From contig CAVSJB010000004.1 of NCBI GenBank assembly GCA_963728255.1, forward strand, positions 818,307 to 882,306: a DNA stretch of 64,000 bases. Reading direction: 5' to 3'. Position 1 is the first letter of the stretch. Every line of letters begins with the position of its first letter. Below the pieces are notes generated by a model. The model did no database searches. It was not told the origin of the DNA and was given only the letters and a program-made list of their open reading frames with translations. Source of the stretch: an uncultured Alphaproteobacteria bacterium. GTDB taxonomy: Bacteria > Pseudomonadota > Alphaproteobacteria > Rhodobacterales > Rhodobacteraceae. The position numbers were made by a program, and so were the translations under genes. Positions 31,241-41,236 of the stretch are shown here, one piece after another.

Positions 31241-32820
31241 TCAAGGCTGTCGGGACAGACCGTCTTGTCCAGCGACTGGAGCGGGTTCGCGGAGCGCCTC
31301 CGGATTCCAGCTTTCCGCCTCCAGCGCGTCACGCGAGATGCGCCCGAGCAGCAGGCGGGCGAGGTGGTAGGCGGCCGTCCGGTCGTTCGCCCCTGAACCG
31401 GTGGCGCCGACGACCTCTCCGCCCTCCATGTGCCAGCGCGTGAAGTCGTTGCCGGCCACGTCTCCGACGTCGACATGCTCGAGCTCAGGATCGGTCCGTC
31501 CCACCATGTGAAGCCCGACCATCGGGCCCGGCGGAGCGCCGAGTTGCGTCCAGAAGAACGGCACGGCCGCGGCCGTCCGCTCGCGCCCGAGCATGGCGGC
31601 GGCAGCGAGCCGCCCCTCCTCCTCGGCGGCGCGCCAGTGGCGCGTGCGGGCGCCGACGCCCGCCGCGGCGTCGCCGCCGACCCAGAGGTCCGCCGTCGCG
31701 AGAAGCCGCTCGTCGACGAGCAAGGCTCCGTCTGCTTCGGCGGCGCCGACCAGCCCTCCGCGCCGCGCCTCTCCGACCGCCAGCAGCGCGAGGGGGGTCT
31801 CGACGACCTCTCCGGTGGAGAGGCGAACGCGCGCGAGGCGGCCGCGCTCGCTCTCGAATGCCTCGGGCTCGGCATCGGTGGTGACCTCGACGCCCATCTC
31901 CCGCAGCTTCGCGCCGACCAGGGCGGCGAGGCCCGGACCGAGCCGCGCCGCGCCCGGTGCCTCGCCGCGGACGACGAGACGAACAGAGACGCCCGCCTGC
32001 GCCAGCGCGGCGGAGGCCTCGAGCCCGATGAAGCCGCCGCCAATGACGAGGCATCGGCCGGCTCTTGGGCAGCGCTCAGGATCGCCTCCGCATCCTCCGC
32101 GGAGCGCAGCGTCGTCACGCCCGCGAGGTCCGCGCCTGCCAGGTCGAGCCGCCGCGCTTCCGCTCCAGGGGCGGCGAAGCAGAGATTGTACTCCACCACC
32201 TCGCCGCTTGCGAGGCGAAGGCGGTGCAGGTCCGGTTCGACGGCCTCGACCTCCTCGCCGAAGCGAAGGGTCACGCCCATCCGCACGAGGTCCTCCCGCT
32301 CGAGCCGCCGGATCGCCGCCCGGTCGGCTGCGCCGCGCAGGAACTCCTTGGAGAGGGTGGTGCGCTCGTAGAGCGGGTCGGTGTCGCGGTCGATCAGTGT
32401 CAGCGGGCCGCCATGCCCGAGGCGGCGGAGCTCGTCCGCGCAGGCGAGCCCGGCCGCGCCCGCGCCGAGAACGACGATGTGCGGCGCCGCCATCGCGACC
32501 GCCGGAGGCGGCTCATCGAGCGCCTCTCCGACGAGGACCGCGCCGTCCTCCACCCGGCAGGCGTAGCGGCGTAACTGGCCGAGGCCAGGGCCGTGGCGGC
32601 GTGCGCCCGACGCAAGCTCGAAGACGGCGTGGTGGTAGGGGCAGACGACCAGGCCGCCGCCAATGGCCCCCGTGGCGAGCGGCGCTCCCTGGTGCGGGCA
32701 GGTGCCCTGCAGGGCGATCACGCTGTCGCCCGTCCGATGCAGAAGGATCGCCGTCTCGTCGACTTCGACGCCGAGGCAGTCGCCGTCTGGGATGTCGGAC
32801 AGGGCGCAGACAGATTGCAC
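31241..32820 (-). CDS. Rieske 2Fe-2S / FAD-NAD(P)H oxidoreductase fusion (AIF-like), frameshift near 32055
   Basis: CPHQG...CPYHH Rieske ligands; GAGAAG; YERTTLSK; GGDAA, HWRAAEEEG, VPFFWT. Confidence 0.87.
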
Positions 32821-33120
32821 GGGAAGTCCTCCGAGCTTGGCGGTCGATGAGGTGAACGGGTCGCGCAAAGCGGTTGTTCCGGAGGATCGTGGTCGCCCCC
32901 ACCGCGTTGACCGCTGGTCGCGGTTTGCGCAGTGATGGGGCGAATGGGCCAATGACGACGCACTGATGGCTGACCACCTCGGAGAGGGTCCGGTGCTGCC
33001 GCCAGGGTTGGCGACCGCGCCGTGCAGCTTCTACACTCTTGAACAGAGCGCGTCTGGTCGTGCCGCTCTCGCCAGAGCTGCCATGGTAGCGACCGGAAGT
33101 GGCGCCTCCGCCGCAGTTCC

Positions 33121-33190
33121 GGACGGCCCAATGCGGACGCACAGTGAGTGTGCAGCACGCCGCGGCGCAGAAGGGAAAGCTGCCATCAGG
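33121..33190 (+). repeat. Module-boundary repeat R2
   Basis: GGACGGCCC-N28-CGCCGCGGCGC then AGCTGCCATCAG; both anchors and the spacing are identical to R1. Confidence 0.7.
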
Positions 33191-33341
33191 GGCGCACGGA
33201 GTCGCTGCCGGAGGTGTGGGAGCTCCGAAAGCTTCACTTTGCAGGCGATTTCCTGCGCCACGCGCGGCTCTCTCAATTGCCGCTCGGGGTGGAGCCACTT
33301 CCGCGACGTAAAGAGCGGGAGTTCTCTCGCAGGGGCTTCGC

Positions 33342-34316
33342 TCAGTCGATGAATGCATTCGTGAACCAGGTGGAGAAGTCGGGCTTCTCCTCCAGCACCT
33401 CGCCGTCCTGGTTCCTGAGGATGCCCGCCTCATAGAGAAAGGTGCCGATCGCCTCGACCTTTTCGGAGTTGATCCGGCCGACGGTGCCGTCCTCGATCAT
33501 CAGGTAGCCGCCCTCGACCAGCGCCTGCATCGAGGCGTGGATGAGCTCGGGGTTCGACAGCATCCCCTCGGTGGCGTCGATCAGGATCTCGGCCGCCTCG
33601 TCCGGGTTCTCGGCGGCGAAGCGGTAGCCGCGCTGCGTCGCCTGGACGAAGGCCTCGGAGGTGTCGGGGTTCGCCTCGAGCCACTCGGCGCGGGCGCCGA
33701 TCAGGGTCGTGTGCTGGTCGGGGATGCCGTAGTCGGCGTAGACGAAGGCGTCCTGGTCGCGGCCGGTGAGCTCGGCGTTGACGCCCTCCCACGTGACCAC
33801 CTCGAGGGTGAAGTCGACGCGGCCCGTGGCCAGCGCCTCATAGGCCGAGGTGCCGAGGGTGACCATCTGGAAGTCGTCCTCGCCGCCCGCCTGCTCGATC
33901 ATCGTCGAGATCAGCGTCTCCTCCCAGTCGGTGCCGAAGCCCGCGTAGGTCATGCCGACGAGATCGGCGGGCGTCTCGATGTCATCACGGTCGGCGTTGA
34001 AGACGAGGCGGCCGGTCTCGTGCTGGACCACGGCATAGGTGGCGACGAGGTCGGCGCCGGCGGCGCGGTTGGTGAAGAAGCTGAGCGAGGAGAAGACGCC
34101 GAACTCGGCGACGCCGCTCGTCACGAGCGTGGTGGACGAGGTGTCGGTGTAGGGCAGGATCTCGACGTCGAGGCCGGCGTCGTCGTACCAGCCCTGCGCC
34201 TCGGCCACGTAGAGGCCGACGTGGTTGGTGTTGGGCGTCCAGTCGAGCGCGACGCTGAGATCCTGCGCGGCGGCGGGGGTGGCCGCGACTAGCGCGGCGA
34301 AGGTCAGGCGATGCAT
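33342..34316 (-). CDS. thiY: NMT1/THI5-like (ThiY-type) substrate-binding protein
   Basis: Signal peptide, LDWTPNTNHVGLYVA motif; in a TPP-riboswitch operon. Confidence 0.85.
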   Translation of the reverse strand: MHRLTFAALVAATPAAAQDLSVALDWTPNTNHVGLYVAEAQGWYDDAGLDVEILPYTDTSSTTLVTSGVAEFGVFSSLSFFTNRAAGADLVATYAVVQHETGRLVFNADRDDIETPADLVGMTYAGFGTDWEETLISTMIEQAGGEDDFQMVTLGTSAYEALATGRVDFTLEVVTWEGVNAELTGRDQDAFVYADYGIPDQHTTLIGARAEWLEANPDTSEAFVQATQRGYRFAAENPDEAAEILIDATEGMLSNPELIHASMQALVEGGYLMIEDGTVGRINSEKVEAIGTFLYEAGILRNQDGEVLEEKPDFSTWFTNAFID

Positions 34317-35068
34317 CTGGTGTCTCCGTTCGGGTCGAGAAGGGTGGCGAGGATCTCGCGTTCGAGGGCGTGCGCCTCGGCAGGCACCCCGCCGCGGAGG
34401 CGCGGGCGGCGGAGGGGGACGGCGAACTCGGCCACGACCTGCGCCGGGCGCGGCGACAGGACGTAGATGCGGTCGGAGAGGCACACCGCCTCGCGCACGT
34501 CGTGAGTGACGAGGAGGGTGGTCCAGCGGGCGCGGCTCCAGCGGCGTTCGAGCCACCGCTGCATCTCGGTGCGGGTAATGGCGTCGAGGGCGCCGAAGGG
34601 CTCGTCGAGGAGCATCATGCGGCGGTCCTGGACGATGGTGCGGAAGAGCGCGGCGCGCTGGCGCATGCCGCCGGAGAGCTGGGCGGGCCAGTGCCGCTCG
34701 AACCCCTCGAGGCCGAACCGCGGGAAGAGCGGGCGGACGCGCTCGCGGGCGGCGCGGCGGGAGAGACCCTGCACCTCGAGGCCGAGGGTGACGTTGTCGA
34801 TGATCCGCCGCCACGGCATCAGCGCGTCGCGCTGGGGCATGAAGGCGAAGGGGCTCTCTTTGCGGTTGAAGGAGCGGCCGTCGAAGGCCATCTCCCCCGC
34901 GTCGGGGCGGAGGCCGCCAATCAGGAGTTCAAACAGCGTCGACTTGCCGGCGCCGGAGGGGCCGAGGATCGAGACGAACTCGCCCTCGTCGACGTGGAGC
35001 GAGACGCCGCCGAGGACGTGCGTGTCGCCGCGGGTCAGCGCGACGTCGCGGAGGCAGAGGAGGCTCAC
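34304..35068 (-). CDS. ABC ATPase (ThiZ/TauB-like)
   Basis: GPSGAGKST, LSGGMRQR, LDEPFGALD, VTHD. Confidence 0.88.
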   Translation of the reverse strand: MSLLCLRDVALTRGDTHVLGGVSLHVDEGEFVSILGPSGAGKSTLFELLIGGLRPDAGEMAFDGRSFNRKESPFAFMPQRDALMPWRRIIDNVTLGLEVQGLSRRAARERVRPLFPRFGLEGFERHWPAQLSGGMRQRAALFRTIVQDRRMMLLDEPFGALDAITRTEMQRWLERRWSRARWTTLLVTHDVREAVCLSDRIYVLSPRPAQVVAEFAVPLRRPRLRGGVPAEAHALEREILATLLDPNGDTRCIA

Positions 35069-35832
35069 AGGTGCCTCCACGGCATCGACACGCGCTGCAG
35101 CAGCGCCGCGATGCCGAAGAGGATCAGCGTGAGGAGCGAGCTGACGAGGACCGCGGCGAGGACGAGGTCGGGGCGAAAGTTGTTCTTGGCGTTCAGTATA
35201 TAGATGCCGAGGCCCCGGACCCCGCCGGCGTACTCGGCGAAGATGGCGGCGACGACGGCGTAGGTGATGGAAATGCGCAGGCCCGCGAAGAAGTAGGGCA
35301 GCGCCGAGGGCAGGCGGGCGCGGCGGAAGATGGTGGCGCGGGAGGCGCCCATCGAGGCGAGCAGCCTTTCGATCTCCTTCTCGGTGAATTCGTAGCCGTC
35401 GACGAGGGCGACGAGCATCGGGAAGAACGTCACAAGCGCGACGAGCAGGATCTTCGGCAGGAGGCCGAACCCGAACCAAAGCACGACGAGGGGGGCGATG
35501 GCGACAAGCGGCAGCGTCTGGCTGATGACGAAGACCGGGAACAGCGCCCGGCGCAGTGGCCGGGCGAAGTCGATCAGCACCGAGAACAGGAACGCCGCGG
35601 CGAGAGAGCAGGCAAAGCCCGCCGTGGTTGCGCCGATCGTCGGCAGGGTGTTCTGCCAGATGACGCCGCGGTTGAGCCACATCTGCTCGACCACACGCGA
35701 CGGCGCCGGCAGCGTCGTCGGCGACACGCCGGAGACGTGGACGTAGACCTCCCACGCGAGAACCAGCGCGCCCACCGACAGGAGCGCCGGCAGTGCGCGC
35801 CCGAGGGCTCGGCCGGTCGCGTCGCGGAACAT
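35065..35832 (-). CDS. ABC permease (ThiX/TauC-like)
   Basis: LPAPS, SQTLPLVAIAP, LPSALPYFFAGLR, AEY. Confidence 0.88.
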   Translation of the reverse strand: MFRDATGRALGRALPALLSVGALVLAWEVYVHVSGVSPTTLPAPSRVVEQMWLNRGVIWQNTLPTIGATTAGFACSLAAAFLFSVLIDFARPLRRALFPVFVISQTLPLVAIAPLVVLWFGFGLLPKILLVALVTFFPMLVALVDGYEFTEKEIERLLASMGASRATIFRRARLPSALPYFFAGLRISITYAVVAAIFAEYAGGVRGLGIYILNAKNNFRPDLVLAAVLVSSLLTLILFGIAALLQRVSMPWRHL

Positions 35833-35836
35833 TGGC

Positions 35837-36445
35837 TCAGGCCCGGGTCGGGCTGTTGGCCGAGACGGTGAGGTCCATCGTGACGTGCCCCTCGGGCGGG
35901 CCGAAGCGGCAGAACGCCTCCGACAGCGTCGCGAAGACCGGCCCGGCGTCGCCGCGGATGCGGGTGCAGAAGTTCTTCGCTCGGTCGAAGACGCCGCTCC
36001 GCTTCAGGAAATCGATGCAGCCGTAGATTTCGCCCATGTGGTTGCCGCCGCCCATGACGTAGAGTGAGAACTGCGCGGCCGCCTCCTCGCGCATCGCGGG
36101 GGCGTCCTCGACAGCGGCCAGGGCCGCCGCCTGGCGGTCGGCGAGCGGCTCATCTGGGTTCGACAGCGCGTTCGTCACGCAGATCGGGTCGTCGGGCTCG
36201 CCGGGGCAGCCGCGCGACAGCGTGACGCGCAGGACCGCGTGCCGGCGCGTCGAGGCGGCGGCGACGAAGAGGTCGCGCAGGGCCGGGAACAGCACCTCCG
36301 GCGGGCCGACGAGCAAGGTCGAGATGTCGTCGGTCTCGATCCGGAGGCTCTCGCGGTAGGGGTCGAGCGCCTTCAGCGCATCGGTGATGACCGCGACGAA
36401 CCCGTCGGTCATCGGGTAGAGGGATACTTGGGCGCCTGTGAACAT
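35837..36445 (-). CDS. ykoF: YkoF-type thiamine/HMP-binding protein
   Basis: GAQVSLYPMTD, SRGCPGEPD, AAQFSLY, TVSANSP; first gene after the TPP riboswitch. Confidence 0.85.
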   Translation of the reverse strand: MFTGAQVSLYPMTDGFVAVITDALKALDPYRESLRIETDDISTLLVGPPEVLFPALRDLFVAAASTRRHAVLRVTLSRGCPGEPDDPICVTNALSNPDEPLADRQAAALAAVEDAPAMREEAAAQFSLYVMGGGNHMGEIYGCIDFLKRSGVFDRAKNFCTRIRGDAGPVFATLSEAFCRFGPPEGHVTMDLTVSANSPTRA

Positions 36446-36451
36446 GGCTCC

Positions 36452-36548
36452 TCCTCGCTCCGCCGGTCTGAACCGGATCAGCTGTTGAGGGTCCGGGGGC
36501 ATGCGCCCCACGTCTCAGCCCCGGCACTACGGGACACCCCTGTGGATG
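36452..36548 (-). ncRNA. TPP riboswitch
   Basis: Minus strand AGGGGTGTCCCG...GGGCTGAGA...GACCCT...CTGATCCGGTTCAGACCGGCGGAGCG, running into RBS AGGAGG. Confidence 0.9.
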
Positions 36549-36859
36549 CTAATCCTCCTACACGCGGCGCTGGTCAGATGCAAATCGTCGCCGCTGTGTG
36601 TCAGGCAAAGCGAAGCGTGAGGACCGCCCGACGCGGCACCAGACGCTCTAAGTGGGAGCCTCACAGCTCCGAGTACCCGTCCGACACATTAAGCCGGCCC
36701 TCGATCAGCGCAGACACGGCTTCGCGGATGCGGATGGACGCTGGTACTCTTTTTGTAAGGCGCTTCCTGGCTGGTGTCGGCGGCAACCGGCGCAGGTCTC
36801 TTGATTACCTCCCAGCAGGGGGAGCAACTCCTCGAAGTCCGGATGGCTTTACCGCCCGT

Positions 36860-36930
36860 TGCCGGCCCGATGCAGACCTCGGCTCGAGGTCCACACTGCC
36901 GCCGCGCAGCGGCATTCGCAGACATCCGTA
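36860..36930 (+). repeat. Module-boundary repeat R3
   Basis: TGCCGGCCC-N28-TGCCGCCGCGC; GGCCCGATGCAGAC matches R2 GGCCCAATGCGGAC at 12/14; two GCAGAC boxes 46 bp apart. Confidence 0.62.
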
Positions 36931-37068
36931 CACGGCGCGGCGAAAGCCCGCGCGGATCACGGTCGCCGGTCTTCAACATCGGGCTGCTGACCGGCGTTGC
37001 GCTGCATCTTCAGACGAATTTGGCTGCTACTCGAGCGAAAGACATTCCTGGCCGCCGCATGCCATAAT

Positions 37069-37106
37069 CGAGGCCGCGTCTTGATCCCGAGGCCGCGTCT
37101 TGATCC
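37069..37106. repeat. 19-bp tandem duplication CGAGGCCGCGTCTTGATCC x2
   Basis: Read directly; just upstream of the antiporter start. Confidence 0.85.
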
Positions 37107-37124
37107 GCAGCGAGGTTCCCTTCC

Positions 37125-38462
37125 TTGAGCGATGGCACGTTCTTCGGCGTAGACAGCTACCACATCCTGCTCGCCGCCGTGGGGCTGTCGATCATTGTCG
37201 CCTACTGGCTGCCACGCTTCGTGAGCCGACGCGAGCCCGCTGCGTCCGGCCTGCTGATCCTGCTCGGAATGGCGGCCTTCGCGCTGGTGCCGGGCCTGCC
37301 CGCGATCCCCGACCCGCGGGACGAGCCGTATCTGTGGGAGATCGTGGCCGAGCTGACCGTCATCGCCGCCCTCTTCTCCACGGGGCTGAGGATCGACGAC
37401 CTGTCGAGCCTCGCGCGGTGGGGGCCCACGATCCGGCTGCTGGTCATCGCTATGCCGCTGACAATTGCGGCGATTGCCGTGCTGGGTCACACGCTGGCTG
37501 GAATGACGGTCGCAGGTGCGCTCCTGCTCGGCGCGGTGATGGCACCGACCGATCCGGTTCTGGCAGGCGACGTGCAGGTCGGGCCTCCGCTCGAGGGGGG
37601 CGAGCATCCGGTGCGCTTCGCACTCACGACCGAAGCCGCCCTGAATGACGGCCTGGCGTTCCCGTTCGTCTATCTGGGTCTTCTGATCGCGGCAGAGGGC
37701 CTCGCGCCGGCGGGCTGGGGCGCCGAGTGGCTGGGCCGCGACATCGCCTGGCGCATCGCAGTAGGCATGGCGATGGGTGCGGCCGGAGGCTGGGCACTGG
37801 GCCTCGTCCTGTTCGTCCTGCCACGTGGGGCTGCTCTGGCCGACACAGCCTCGGGCGTGGTTGCGCTGGCCGGCGTCTTGTTGTGCTACGGCACCACCGA
37901 GCTTGCCGAGGGCTACGGCTTCATCGCGGTTGCGGTTGCGGGCCTCACGATCCGGCGGGTCGAGGCTCATCATGCCTTTCACCGCCGCCTGCACGACTTC
38001 ACCGAAGCGGTCGAGCATGCGCTGACGGCCGTGCTGCTCTTCGCCCTGGGCGCCGTGCTGCCCATGCTCCTCGGCGGCTTGACGATCGCCGGCGCCGTGA
38101 TAGCGATCCTGCTTCTTTTCGTGGTGCGCCCGCTCGCGGGGTGGATGTCGCTGGCGGGGTCAGACCTCGTCGGTCGCGACCGCTGGGTGGTGGCGATCTA
38201 CGGCGTCCGCGGTGTGGGTTCGATCTACTACCTCGCCTACGCTGCCGGACACGTCGAGTTCTGGGACGAGGAAAGACTCTGGGCGCTGGTCAGCTTCACG
38301 ATCCTTCTCTCGACGCTGGTGCACGGCTTCACCGCCGGCATTGCCGTCGAAGGCCTCTCCGCCAAAGCGATGGACCAGCTCGGTAGCCGGCTCAGCAGAA
38401 TGCCGATCCCGTCTTCGGCGGCGTCGAAATCCGTCATCACGTCCTGGCCGCCTTCGGGGTGA
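37125..38462 (+). CDS. Cation:proton antiporter (CPA1/NhaP-like); C-terminal tail probably extended
   Basis: APTDPVLAGDV, EAALNDGLAFPF, YGVRGVGSIYY; many TM helices. Confidence 0.88.
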   Translation: MSDGTFFGVDSYHILLAAVGLSIIVAYWLPRFVSRREPAASGLLILLGMAAFALVPGLPAIPDPRDEPYLWEIVAELTVIAALFSTGLRIDDLSSLARWGPTIRLLVIAMPLTIAAIAVLGHTLAGMTVAGALLLGAVMAPTDPVLAGDVQVGPPLEGGEHPVRFALTTEAALNDGLAFPFVYLGLLIAAEGLAPAGWGAEWLGRDIAWRIAVGMAMGAAGGWALGLVLFVLPRGAALADTASGVVALAGVLLCYGTTELAEGYGFIAVAVAGLTIRRVEAHHAFHRRLHDFTEAVEHALTAVLLFALGAVLPMLLGGLTIAGAVIAILLLFVVRPLAGWMSLAGSDLVGRDRWVVAIYGVRGVGSIYYLAYAAGHVEFWDEERLWALVSFTILLSTLVHGFTAGIAVEGLSAKAMDQLGSRLSRMPIPSSAASKSVITSWPPSG

Positions 38463-38790
38463 AAGACAAAGCCGTCGCGACCGGAGCCACCCGTCAGCGT
38501 GTCGTCGTCCTCTCGACCGTCCAGGAACATCGTCCTCGGGCCCGCCGTCGATCATGTCTTTTCCGTGCCCGCCGAACAGCTCGTCGTTACCGCCCCCGCC
38601 CAGGATGGTGTCGTCACGGTCCATCCCGAACAAATCGTCATAGCCCGGCGAGACCTTCGATCCGAGCGGCGTTCCGCGTGCCGGTGATGGTATCGGCCTC
38701 TGGTGTTCCGACCTTGGCGGCCGCGCTCGCGCCCGAACTCAGGCCGCCAACGGCCAGACTGCAACGAGCAAGGCGCGCATTCTCTCCTCC
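38370..38790 (-). pseudogene. RTX/hemolysin-type calcium-binding repeat protein remnant
   Basis: GTPEADTITG, GGGGNDELFGGHGKD, GGSGRDGFVF, GQDVMTDF across shifting frames. Confidence 0.7.
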
Positions 38791-39004
38791 TATGCCCATT
38801 CGAGCAGATCGCTCCTTCGCGTCCTCTCTGACCTCGACGGCGATCAAGACCTTGGAACGGGTTCTGCTTCGACACGAGGTCCCTCCGTCGCAACCGGCGC
38901 GGCAGGGCGGATGTGTACGGGTCCGTCGCTTCGTCGAGGGAGCGATGCACGCGACGTCGTGGGACGGAAGGCGTCACGCGCGACGCCGAGGCGCCCCCTC
39001 GGGA

Positions 39005-39037
39005 AAAGCCGCCTTCGGCCGCCAATCGCCGCGACGC
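39005..39037 (+). repeat. Degenerate module-boundary repeat R4
   Basis: AAAGCCGCCTTCG box followed by CGCCGCGACGC (identical to the R6 anchor) with a shortened spacer. Confidence 0.4.
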
Positions 39038-39136
39038 GGTCGGCGGGAGATGGCCGCCGCCGGGAACCGGCTTGCCTCGTGCGCCGTTCATTGGCGCCGC
39101 ACGACGATAGGCGGCGTTTCACGAGGAGCCACTCTG

Positions 39137-39211
39137 ATGGCTGGTGACAAGGACGGCAACAAGTCGGGCCAGGACGGCAAGAAGTCCGGCCAGGGTTCTG
39201 GTAAGAAGTAA
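39137..39211 (+). CDS. Putative 24-aa G/K/D/S-rich microprotein
   Basis: RBS GAGGAG, ATG, MAGDKDGNKSGQDGKKSGQGSGKK, TAA; followed by a GC hairpin. Confidence 0.5.
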   Translation: MAGDKDGNKSGQDGKKSGQGSGKK

Positions 39212-39269
39212 GGGTAGCGCACCGCCGCCATGCGACGGCGGTGCGACAACACCCCGCCGCCTCACAAAG

Positions 39270-41236
39270 GCGGCTGTCGGTCGTACGCGGCACGCGCCGG
39301 CGTCGACGTGGTCGCCTGATGCCGTTTCCTTTCATGATCTTGGCCACTGTCTTCCGAGAGATCCGCAGGTCTTGGGCGAGCAGTTCGGCATGGATGCGCG
39401 GCGCCCCGTAGCGCCGGCGGCTGTCCTCGAAGATGTCGCGGATCTTATCGGCCAGGACATCTCGCGCAGCCTGGCGCGCCGCCCGTTTCGGGGCGGCGGC
39501 GCGCCAGGCATGGAACCAGCTCGGACTGACCGAGAGCACCCGGCACATCAGGCGGATGGCGTGCTCGGCCGCATGGGCGGCAATGAAAGCGAGCTTCGCC
39601 TTCATGTTTTCGCCGCCCATTGCGCGAAAAATGGAGTGGGCCCCTCGGCCGGACACGATCAGGCGGCGTCTTTGATGGCCGGGCGTGCTGCTTCTCGTAC
39701 TGTTCGGGGCTGAGATAGCCAAGCCATGAGTGAAGGCGCCTGGCGTTGTACTTTTCGATGAAGGTCGGGAGCTGCTCGGCGACGTCGTCGGCGGTCTCGA
39801 ACTCGAGCGGGTAGACGCCTTCGACCTTCAGCGTCTTCATCAGGCTCTCCATCATGGCGTTGTCGTAAGGATTCCCGCGCCGGCCCATCGAGCCGCCGAG
39901 CTTCGCCTCGCGAAGGCGGTCCCGATACTTCTCAGCGGCGTATTGCGACCCGCGGTCCCCGTGGTGCACGCAACCGGGCGGCGGCTGGCGCAGCGCGATT
40001 GCGCGTCGAGCGCCGCCAGAGTCAGCCGCGCATCGATCCGCCGGCTCATCGCGTATCCGACGATCCGTCGGGACCAGGCGTCCATGATGACGGCCAGGTA
40101 GACGAAGCCGACGGCCACGGCGATGTAGGTCAGGTCGGCCACCCAGAGCTGGTCCGGCCCGTCGACGATCATGTCCTTCGTCCTGTTCGGGAAGATCGGC
40201 TGGTCGTGGTCGCTGTCGGTGGTCGTGACGTAACGGCGACGCCGACGCGCGTTCAGCCCGTGCTCGCGCATCAGCCGCTTCAGCTTCTTGTGGTTCACGA
40301 CCCATCCCTGCTGGCCGAGCGCCGCCTGCATCCGCCGCCAGCCATAGGCGTCGAACTCGTCCTTGATGCGGCGTGCATCGCCTCGACGAGCGCGTTCGGC
40401 CTTGCCTCGCCATCGACAGCTCGCTTCGGCTCGTCAGAGTAGGTGGAGCGCGCGATCCCCATCAGACGGCATCCTTCCGCGACGGAGACGCCGCGGGGCC
40501 GGCGATCACGGACATGGGCGCGCTTCTCGGCCGTGGTCCGAAGCGCTGAGCTCCCTTTGAGACAACTCCAGCTCGAGCGCCTGCTTGCCGACCAGCCGCT
40601 CGAGCGCGGCGATCCGCGCCTCGTAGGCCTGGATCAGGTCGGCGGCCTGAGCGTCGTCATCGAACGCGCCTGCTTCGTACTTGTCGACCCGTCGAACGTA
40701 TACGTTCGACCGGATCAGGTTCCGGGAGACGTCGTGGCGCTTCGCCAGCCCGTGCAGGGTCTCGCCCGCCAGGAATTCCTGCGCAACCTGCCGCTTGAAC
40801 TCGACGCTGTGGGATCGGTGCTTTGCCATGGCTTCCATCCTTCGAAGGCCCGGCACACCGGTCAATTCATTCCGCTCCAACCGTCCGGCCCGAGGGGCCC
40901 ACTCCAAAAAGCGGATGCTTTTCGCATCACCTCCACCTCTTCCTTGAGGCGGCGGTTCTCGCGACGCAGCTCGGCCAGTTCCGCGGCCTCGGCCTTCTGG
41001 CGCTTCACGGCGTCGGCCGAGCCGGCGGCTTGGAACTCGAGCTGCCAGGTCTTCAGCAAGGTCGCGGAAATCCCAAGCTCCCGCGCGACGCTGGTCTTTG
41101 TGGCCCCGGGCTCCGACAGCCGCGCGACCGCCTGCTCCTTGAACTCCGCTGTGAAGCGACGTCGTGGCTTCTTGCTCATCCCTAATCCTCCGTCCTGAGA
41201 GTACTTTACCTCCCAGTCCGGCCTCAGGGGGCAACA
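39270..41236 (-). mobile_element. IS3-family element A (partial): orfA from 41179, orfB remnant about 39605..39270, interrupted by element B
   Basis: End TGTTGCCCCCTGAGG at 41236; orfA RRRFTAEFKEQAV...LRRENRRLKEE; orfB LMCRVLSVSPSW...RYGAPRIHAEL...TTDS. Confidence 0.85.
39632..40906 (-). mobile_element. IS3-family element B nested in element A (orfA 40829..40506, frameshifted orfB)
   Basis: IRs TGGAGTGGGCCCCTCGG at both ends, flanked by A-runs; orfA MAKHRSHSVEFKRQVA; orfB WVADLTY, HGDRGSQY, DNAMMES. Confidence 0.9.
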
